Source of the DNA: an uncultured bacterium
Lineage (GTDB): Bacteria; Verrucomicrobiota; Kiritimatiellia; RFP12; UBA1067
Direction: 5' to 3'
Length of the DNA stretch: 49,012 nt
NCBI GenBank assembly: GCA_902763655.1
Contig: CACWSW010000005.1
Span: 1-49,012, forward strand
Below are positions 1 through 7,600 of this stretch, in pieces. The notes beneath the pieces are model-generated. The model was not told where the DNA came from, ran no database searches, and saw only the letters and a list, made by a program, of their open reading frames with translations. Position 1 is the first letter of the stretch; every line of letters starts with the position of its first letter. Made by a program: the position numbers and the translations under genes.

Positions 1-1
1 G

Positions 2-1498
2 GGCATCCTCGCGATGAACGAGGAGGACAGCCGCATCGTGCCGCTCGGCACGGAGGACGGCTGGGACCAGGTGGCGAACCAGCAGACCGCGATCTGCGGT
101 TGCACGTGGCGCATCGTGCCCGTGCCGCGTCCGCCCTGGCGCGACCTCTTCAAGGACGTCTATCCGGCCGAATCGTGGCGCATCGAACCGGTCGCCACGC
201 GCCTCTTCCACGACAAGGCGTTCTTCTACATGCACGACCTCGGTTCCTTCGTCACCAACGAGCGCACGCTCGCGTGGATGTTCGCGATCGGGTACCAGCT
301 CTCCTGGCGCGCGGGCGCGCAAAATTACGTTGCGGACAAGGCGGCGCAGGCCTGGTACGAGTGGCTGCAGCTGCTGCAGGACAAGGTGGTCTCGCGCATC
401 GCCCTGCAGCCGGTGGTCGCGTTCGCGCACGACCGCGCGCCGCTCCTCGCGCTGCCGGGCGACCCGTCGCGGGAGTCGGACGACGGCGTGGTGACGGCAA
501 AGTACGGCGACGTGTCGGTGGCTGTGAACCTCGGCGACGTGCCGCGCACGGTGGCGGGGAAGCGACTTGCGGCGTACGGCTGGTGGATTACCGCGCCCGG
601 CCTCGTGGCGGCGAAACTGGAAGGCGAAACGCCGTATGTGGAGGCCGAGGGGCGCCGCTGGGAGTATCGTCCTGCACCATCCGAGCCGGCGGTGCCGTGT
701 CCGCCCGAGGTCGCCGGCAAGCCGCTCTGCGAGACGACGCCAGCGGGCGCGCGTCTCGCTGTCCTCGACCTCGAAGGCGCGCACGGTTCGTGGGTGAAGG
801 CGTCGGCGGGCGACTGGAAGAACGCGCTCGCCGCATCGCCGCTCGTGACACGGCATGGGCTGAAGGTCGTGTCGCTCCGCGGCGCGGAAGAACTGCGTGC
901 GGCGCTCGCGGCGGGACGCACGGCGTACTTCGCCATCGTCAATCCCTACGGCGAGATTTTCCCTGTGGAGGGTCCTGGACGCTGGACGGAAATGATCGAC
1001 GCCATCCGAGGCTACGTGGCACACGGCGGCATCTGGGTGGAGACGGGCAGCGCATCGTTCTACAGCGCAGCGTGGAACGATGGCGGCAAATGGCGCCGCG
1101 AGGTCATCGGGCTGAAGGGATTGGGGCGCCTGAGGTCCGCGAACGCGATGGCGGACATCGACGAACCTCCAGTCGGGTTGCGCGCGTGCGCGGCGGCGGC
1201 GGCGTGGTTCCCGCCGCAGGTGCTGAAGCAGATTGCCGCCACCAAGTCGCAGGTCAACCGCGCGCCGTGCGACGGCATGGGCGAAACGGTGTTCCCGCTC
1301 GTGGAGGACGGCGAGGGACGTGCCTGGTTCGGTTGCCATCGACTTGGCGGCTGGGGGACGTTATGGCGTCTTGGAGGGTCGAACCCCGACCGCGAACTCG
1401 CGCTTGCGGTCGTTTCCGCCGCGCTCCTCCACCAGTACGAGCACGCACCGCTGCCTCACGCTCCCGCCCCCTACCGCAAGGTCGCCGCAGTCAAGTGA
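2..1498 (+). CDS. 5'-truncated hypothetical protein, probably the C-terminal part of a DUF6259-like carbohydrate-active protein with a GATase/ThuA-like tail
   Basis: Frame is open from base 2 (GGC ATC CTC GCG ATG) with host-like codon usage; stop TGA at 1496-1498. The 'IRGYVAHGGIWV' segment resembles class-I GATase-like domains of CAZymes. Family call is tentative. Confidence 0.55.
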   Translation, partial: GILAMNEEDSRIVPLGTEDGWDQVANQQTAICGCTWRIVPVPRPPWRDLFKDVYPAESWRIEPVATRLFHDKAFFYMHDLGSFVTNERTLAWMFAIGYQLSWRAGAQNYVADKAAQAWYEWLQLLQDKVVSRIALQPVVAFAHDRAPLLALPGDPSRESDDGVVTAKYGDVSVAVNLGDVPRTVAGKRLAAYGWWITAPGLVAAKLEGETPYVEAEGRRWEYRPAPSEPAVPCPPEVAGKPLCETTPAGARLAVLDLEGAHGSWVKASAGDWKNALAASPLVTRHGLKVVSLRGAEELRAALAAGRTAYFAIVNPYGEIFPVEGPGRWTEMIDAIRGYVAHGGIWVETGSASFYSAAWNDGGKWRREVIGLKGLGRLRSANAMADIDEPPVGLRACAAAAAWFPPQVLKQIAATKSQVNRAPCDGMGETVFPLVEDGEGRAWFGCHRLGGWGTLWRLGGSNPDRELALAVVSAALLHQYEHAPLPHAPAPYRKVAAVK

Positions 1499-1511
1499 CC
1501 GTGTGGCCTCC

Positions 1512-1648
1512 CGCCGCAAGGCGCGGCGGAAATGTTTGCGGCGCGCCTCGCGTCACCATCCCGCCGCCGCACGGGAGGGTCGCAACTTGTTGCGACCGCA
1601 TGGAACGCCGCCACTGACTGGGAACGCCGCCATCTTGGCGGCGCATTA
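1512..1648. repeat. REP/BIME-like palindrome cluster
   Basis: 36-bp unit at 1512-1547 recurs at 2951-2986 with 3 mismatches. GGGAG + GGTCGCAAC-TT-GTTGCGACC hairpin at 1573-1597. TGACTGGGAACGCCGCCATCTTGGCGGCGCAT at 1615-1647 recurs at 2594-2626. Confidence 0.75.
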
Positions 1649-1672
1649 TTTTAAAAATCCCGTTTCGCCCTA

Positions 1673-1701
1673 TTGCAAGGGGCCATAAGATTTGATACGA
1701 T
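1673..1701 (+). promoter_or_regulatory. sigma70-type promoter for the DUF3800 unit
   Basis: TTGCAA (1673-1678), 17-bp spacer, TACGAT (1696-1701), with extended -10 TG at 1693-1694. Confidence 0.55.
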
Positions 1702-1705
1702 TAAT

Positions 1706-1798
1706 CCGATCTCCCATTTTGGGTGGGATCATCTGGATGCGGGGGAAAGTCCTCGCGTTGGTGGCGGGAAGCAATTCCCACCACCTTCTCTTTATCGG
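1706..1798 (+). ncRNA. candidate structured RNA 5' of DUF3800 (DUF3800 RNA motif-like)
   Basis: Three consecutive hairpins at 1708-1730, 1737-1758 and 1760-1785 (GGTGG.GGGAA-GCAA-TTCCC.CCACC, GNRA loop), followed by TTCTCTTT. Lies between the promoter and the DUF3800 start. Confidence 0.55.
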
Positions 1799-1801
1799 TG
1801 C

Positions 1802-2491
1802 ATGGCAATGGACACTTTGAGCATATTTGTGGACGAGTCGGGACGCTTTCAGCATCCCGACAACGATTCGCGTTTCTATATTCTGGGAATGGTGTTCCAT
1901 GATCAGGATTCTGACATTTCTGCGCTAGTTGCCGATCTTGAACGTTCAGAATCGGAACTCGGGCTAGAAAACCATTGCTTTCACGCGGGACCTCTCATCA
2001 GAAAAGAAAAAGGCTACGAAATCCTAAGTCGAAGCTTTCGCGGGCGCATACTCTCTCGCATGATGGCGTTCGTCTCGCGCGTCGACTTCAGGTACCATTG
2101 CTTGAGCGTGGATAAGAAGTTCATCGATTCTGCAGCTCAGATCGTAGAACATCTTCGCGCCGCGCTCCTTGCGTTCATTGACTCTCATCGTGATTCGCTT
2201 GCCACTATTGCGCACATCAAGGTCTATTACGATTGTGGTCAATCGCCTGTGACGAATATCCTTCAAAAGACTTTTGTTGATGCGCTAGGCCCTTCTGTCG
2301 AGTTCAAGCAGGGAGTGAGGCCATCTCGTTACCGCCTTTTTCAAGTTGCTGATCTCGTATGTACACTGCATTTGATTGAGTTGCGCCTTGCCTACGGCAT
2401 GCCAATGACACAATCTGAAATTCGATTCTTTGGCGGCCCGCGCGACTTCAAGCGCAACATCCTAAGAAAGATCAAGGGCAAGGAAATATAA
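1802..2491 (+). CDS. DUF3800 domain protein
   Basis: N-terminal IFVDESG and C-terminal FQVAD match the DE and QxxD hallmarks of DUF3800. Start taken at ATG 1802 (or 1808) rather than the TTG at 1673. Confidence 0.85.
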   Translation: MAMDTLSIFVDESGRFQHPDNDSRFYILGMVFHDQDSDISALVADLERSESELGLENHCFHAGPLIRKEKGYEILSRSFRGRILSRMMAFVSRVDFRYHCLSVDKKFIDSAAQIVEHLRAALLAFIDSHRDSLATIAHIKVYYDCGQSPVTNILQKTFVDALGPSVEFKQGVRPSRYRLFQVADLVCTLHLIELRLAYGMPMTQSEIRFFGGPRDFKRNILRKIKGKEI

Positions 2492-2495
2492 TCCT

Positions 2496-2626
2496 GCCGC
2501 CATCTTGGCGGCGCATGGAAAGGCACGGGCCAGTGGCCGGAAATGCCGCCGTCTGGAAGGCGGCTGTCCCAGTCATGGCTGCGCGTAGGGCGTTGACTGG
2601 GAACGCCGCCATCTTGGCGGCGCATG
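2496..2626. repeat. REP-like palindrome cluster downstream of DUF3800
   Basis: GCCGCCATCTTGGCGGC at ~2496-2512 and ~2605-2621. An inverted GGCGGCTGTCCCAGTCA unit at ~2558-2575. Confidence 0.7.
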
Positions 2627-2818
2627 ACCGAGGACATTGCCCAGACCAATTCCGTGCCTCCTAATGAAGGATACCATTTGCGCTGTAACGAGATTACGGT
2701 TCGTATGAAATTGCATGAAGCATCAGACAATCTCATCTGTACCTATCGCGGTTACCCACTTGTCGAATACGAGTAATCCTACCCGCAACGACAATCCCAA
2801 CTACCCATCCCCGACGTT

Positions 2819-2913
2819 CGTTGTGGCTCAAAATTCCCCTCCTTGTACTCGGCTCGTCCTCTTGTTACGGTTCAAAATTCCCCTCGTTGTGGCTCAAAAA
2901 TCCCCCTGTTGTG
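2819..2913. repeat. three ~22-bp imperfect direct repeats (GTTGTGGCTCAAAATTCCCCT)
   Basis: Copies at ~2819-2840, 2864-2884 and 2885-2907. Confidence 0.7.
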
Positions 2914-3056
2914 GGGACTTGGCCAAAAGCGGGAGAGGCCTTCCATATCACGCCGCGAGGCGTGGCGGAAACGTTTGCGGCGCGCCCCGCGCCGCGTATT
3001 GGCGGCGGGCCAATGGCTGGGCAGGCGCTAGGCCGCTTCGCGCTCCAACGCCTTGG

Positions 3057-3193
3057 CCAAGACACCCAGGACACCCAAGACACCCAGGACTACGCCTGCT
3101 TGGTGCGTATGCTCGCAAGCCATTTCCCGGCCACTGGCGCGCAAGCCTACCTTGCCACCGTTCTGGGTGTCTTGGATGTCCTGGGTGTCTTGG
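3057..3193. repeat. 34-bp inverted repeat built from 9-mer tandem units (CCARGACAC)
   Basis: 3057-3090 CCAAGACACCCAGGACACCCAAGACACCCAGGAC is the reverse complement of 3160-3193 with 2 mismatches; 69-bp spacer. Confidence 0.85.
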
Positions 3194-3281
3194 TCTGCCC
3201 ACCAGAAAATGAAATCCTTTGCGGGCGGCTCGCCCACGGAAATCGGCATTCCCTCTCTCGCCAGATAACTTGAAATCCCGT

Positions 3282-3402
3282 TTGCTTTGGGCGGTGGGAA
3301 GGGGTATACTGTTTACACCTTGAGACAAAGATTTTGTTGACGGTCTTGCCTCAGAGCAGACCTAACAACGGAACTTGTAGGAGAATTCTGACTTGATATA
3401 AT
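3282..3402 (+). promoter_or_regulatory. two tandem sigma70-like promoters upstream of the MBL gene
   Basis: TTGCTT(3282)-17-TATACT(3305-3310), and TTGTAG(3375)-16-TGA-TATAAT(3397-3402). Confidence 0.5.
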
Positions 3403-3424
3403 AGTGGATGAAAGGAAGGTTTTT

Positions 3425-4564
3425 ATGTCAAACGAGAACATGCAGTTCCAATTTATAAGAAGTTTTTTACCAGTAGGGCAGGGTGCTTTCTATTGCGAAA
3501 AATTTGACTTCACCGATTCTTCATTATCCATTGTTTATGATTGTGGAACGGTTTCCAGACAGAGTAGCATAAGGAATGTGATTGAAGAGACTTTCAAGAA
3601 GGGTGAGTCTGTAGATGCGCTATTCATATCGCACTTCCATGAGGATCATGTAAATGGAATACCTTTCTTGTTAGAACGTTGTAAGGTAAAACGTATATTC
3701 TTTCCAGCCGTGTCACCGCTGTACAAGATTATTTTGAAATTTGTGAATGATAAAATTCTTAAGGTACAGAAGTTTACTCTTGACCTTTCTGTGGATGCCG
3801 TTGCAACACTTATTAAAGTTATAAAAGATGTTAACATTATAAGAGACGATAAGCAGGAAACCTTGTTGTACATGGTCAGGGAGACCGGCTTCGATAACGA
3901 AACAATGACCGACATCCCTTCATTAGACAACATTATACTAATAAGATCTGGAGTAAATGTGTTAGACCAACTCATGGGAAAAGATTCACTTTTGTTAAAG
4001 TGGGGATGGCAGTTCGTTCCTTTTAATTTTAGGCAAAGAGAATTAATAATAAAACTTGAAGCAGAAATGAGAAGCCGATATGGGGAATGCTTCAGATGGG
4101 ATATGCTTGAAGACGATTTTCGCGATAAGGCGAAACGGCAAGAAATAAAGAACCTGTTTAGGGTCAAGTTAGGTGATCCTAACGTGAACTCAATGGTTCT
4201 GTATTCAGGCCCAAAGAATCCAGCTATACAAATTGGAGGCAACCAGAATGACAAACGAGCGACCGGATGCTTGTACACAGGGGATTACAATGCGAATATG
4301 GGTAATAGTTGGAAACAACTCAAAGGCGCATATGGTGGCCTTTGGAATATGGTAGGGTACATTCAAATTCCACATCATGGCTCAAAACACAGTTTTAATC
4401 GCGGAATGCTAGATGCTGGAGTTGAGTATGTAATATCTGCTGGCGAAAACAACAAATACAGGCATCCACATCGTGAAGTAATACGTTGGTTTGATGCCAA
4501 GGGGAACCTACATAGGGTTAGCGAATTGCCGAAAAGTCGTTATGACGTTACGCTTGGTCTTTAA
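3425..4564 (+). CDS. MBL-fold metallo-hydrolase, ComEC/Rec2-like (candidate nuclease)
   Basis: Motifs PVGQG, YDCG, SHFHEDH (HxHxDH), YTGD, IPHHGS, ISAG..YRHPH. No ComEC membrane domain. Markedly AT-rich. SD AAAGGAAGG precedes ATG 3425. Confidence 0.85.
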   Translation: MSNENMQFQFIRSFLPVGQGAFYCEKFDFTDSSLSIVYDCGTVSRQSSIRNVIEETFKKGESVDALFISHFHEDHVNGIPFLLERCKVKRIFFPAVSPLYKIILKFVNDKILKVQKFTLDLSVDAVATLIKVIKDVNIIRDDKQETLLYMVRETGFDNETMTDIPSLDNIILIRSGVNVLDQLMGKDSLLLKWGWQFVPFNFRQRELIIKLEAEMRSRYGECFRWDMLEDDFRDKAKRQEIKNLFRVKLGDPNVNSMVLYSGPKNPAIQIGGNQNDKRATGCLYTGDYNANMGNSWKQLKGAYGGLWNMVGYIQIPHHGSKHSFNRGMLDAGVEYVISAGENNKYRHPHREVIRWFDAKGNLHRVSELPKSRYDVTLGL

Positions 4565-4681
4565 TAAAAGATGGCACCATCAATTCGTCAGATATATGTT
4601 ATACTTGTTGCGTTCCAACGGTACTTCGTGGTACTTGATCGGCAGAGTAGTAAGTTTGAAGGATTAGGAAAGTGATTTAAA

Positions 4682-7600
4682 ATGGCAAATCAATTGACAG
4701 AGAAGGAATTGGCCTACTTCAAGGCTTTGACGGAAAAGCGGACTAGAAAGGCAGATCTTATTGATGAAGATCCAGGCCTTCGCAATATTATTGCGCAGAC
4801 TATTGACATGTATTCTGATCAAGCGCATTTTGTTTATGAATTAATCCAGAATGCTGACGATGCAGGAGCGACTGAGGCTGAATTTGCTGTCAGGGAAGAT
4901 AGATTAGTTTTTTCCCATAACGGAGCTCGGCGTTTTTCTATCTCAAATCCTGACACAGAAACTGACGATTTGCGAATCGCTAGGTTTGGTGATATAAACG
5001 CCATTACTGGTTCTGTTACAACAAAGAGTACAGACAATAAAGAGGGTAATGCGATAGGCAAATATGGAATGGGGTTCCTCTCTGTCTTCAATTACACGGC
5101 AACTCCAGAGATATACGATCCACATGTTGCTTTTAAGATAGAGCGGAAGATGATCCCTACATTACTAGACGACGACTATCCCGGACGTAAACCTGAAGAG
5201 ACGGTATTTGTTTTTCCCTTTGCCAGTAAAGGGGATGTGCGTCCTGCATTTGAATCTTTGGCGCGACTTACTTCGCTAATCTTTCCGACGCTATTTCTAA
5301 ATAACCTTCAAACTATTATATTCAATGGAGGATCAGAAGTCGGCGAGTATCGGAAGCGGATTCTGGAAGCGAGAGAGTTTGGTGATTCGGTTAACATAAC
5401 GAGCTGCAAGCGTATAGAGTACATGCAGGCGAATAGAAGTGAAACGACAACAACGCAAATATTCCTCTTTTCACGGAAGGACAAGGCGAATCATCGCTAT
5501 GCTATTGGCTTTATGCTTGATGAGAACGGACATCTGATTCCTGCGAATCACAAGGCATTCTGTTTCTTCCCAACTAAGTATGAAACAAAGCTCAAGTTTC
5601 TTATACACGCGCCATTTTTGTTGAATCCTAATCGTGAGGGAATAAAAGATGAAGATCCTCACAATATAGACATGTTCGACAAACTGGCTGATTTGATGTA
5701 CGATAGCCTGTTGTACATGCGTGATATGCGAACATCGGCAGGGGAACGATTGATTGACGATAGTATATTGAACATCATACCAATTGGTGGAGATCAAGAC
5801 GATCCATATGTTTTTCGAGTCTGTTGCGACAGGGCATTGAAGTGCTTTCAGACCGAGCGGATATTACCGACGATTGATGGTTATGCGGTGAAAGAAAATG
5901 CCTATTGGCCGAAAACTCAGGAGATTACTAGCGTATTCCCTGATGTAACCTTCCAAGAACTGTACAATGCGCCAGACAGGCATTGGGTGTTTTGCGGCAA
6001 ATGGAATGCACCGGGTCTTGATTTCGCCCTTAGAGATTTCGTGTCGGCATGTACGGTTGAATGCCCATCTGATGTGTCAATCTTGGATCGGATATCATCG
6101 TCATTTATCAAGAAACAAAAACTGCCATGGTTGTCGGCTTTTTACAAGTGGATTGATGGAAGTGACGACCGTCGTAAAAGAGCGATGGAACTTCCGATTT
6201 TTCTTGATCATAAAGGTGAGGCGGTTGCGGCGTTTAATTCAAATGGCGAGCATATCCTATTTTTACCGGCAGTAGGATCTGATGCTTTTACAACAATACA
6301 TGAGGATATCTGCCAAGATGAATATGCAATGGGACTGATTGCTCGCTGGAAGGTAGAGACTCCTTCGGAGGATGATCGTATTGGCGTCATCATAGATAAG
6401 ATTTCATCCTGCGAAAGGGAGGCTTCCGATGCTTTATTCAAGGAGATTGTTGAGTATTATGCTAGATGCCCACAAGAAAAGAAGGAAAATTTGACTAAGA
6501 AGCTGCAAGGGAAGGTCAAGCTAAGAGGGAAAGGTCTACGAAATAATGAAATTGTATATCTCTCGTCTTCAGAACTTTACTGGCCATCGGATTCAACGAA
6601 GGAATATTTTAGGGCTATTATGGAGTTTAATGGAGCGTTTGAAAATGTATTTGTCGTTGACCTCGCACATTATCATGAATTGATAGAGCAAGCTCTTCGG
6701 AGGGATTTTGACAGATTGCTGTCAAAAATTGGTGTAATGCCCGAACCATCCATTCGGAGTGGAGAAAGAACAGGAAGATGGGAAGAACTGGAGAATTTGT
6801 TGGCCCTGGACAAAGTGAAACTTGCAGAACCATCAAAAAGCAATAGGGAGAAACAAATATTTAGATACCAATATATTCATGGCGCATCTGAATTTCTTGA
6901 GCGGTTACTTGCGGAAAAGAATATGGAAGACAAAAGAGTTTTTTCTAGAATCCTTTGGAGCATTTTGAAGTCTCACGCCGACAAATATTTTCGAGAACTA
7001 ATAAAGAATAAAACAATTTCATTAGAGAGCTTCCTGAAGGTTCATAGTTGTTTCTGGAAAGGGGGTTATGGTCCAAATTTCTTAGGTGGGGTACATGAAT
7101 ATTTTAACCGAGAAATCCAACGCGAAGAATTTGATAGCCCACAATTGTTTGAATTCAGAGGTGCCAAGTGGATCGTTCTTAATGACTCTACCTGTGTATC
7201 ACCTGATAGCATCTCTGTCGATAGGCTTCCAGAAGAGTATGTGAGGCGTGATGATTCAGATCCGTTATTGAAGATGCTTGGGATCAAACCAGCCGAAGCA
7301 CCGACACCAATTCGCGCGTCGGAGAATGCGGTTGCGATTGCAATGGTAGAAGCTGAAGCAAGGGAAGGTCTTTCGGAGAATCAGAAACATACCATGAAGC
7401 TGGGTGAGGAGGCTGAAAGACGAGGATTGACGATTGAAGACTTGGATGAGTGCGTGCGGATTATGGCACAACTTAAACAACAGCGTCGAGAGAAAGTAGA
7501 GCAGTCATTAGGGCGCATTCATTATGTTGGCAAAGTCGAAGATGGCCTGAAAGAGGTTAGTGTGTCGCCAAATGAATTGTCCTCTATAGAGCATCCGCAT

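Noticed and set aside
1673-1801. N-terminal extension of DUF3800 from the TTG at 1673
   Set aside because: That TTG is the predicted -35 box, the region folds as RNA, and the family DE motif sits right after ATG 1802/1808.
2819-3193. Possible CRISPR array
   Set aside because: Repeats are short, adjacent or inverted, with no unique spacers of regular length and no cas genes.
3425-4564. Beta-lactamase resistance gene or competence ComEC
   Set aside because: No signal peptide or membrane competence domain; the motifs fit the stand-alone ComEC-like MBL domain.
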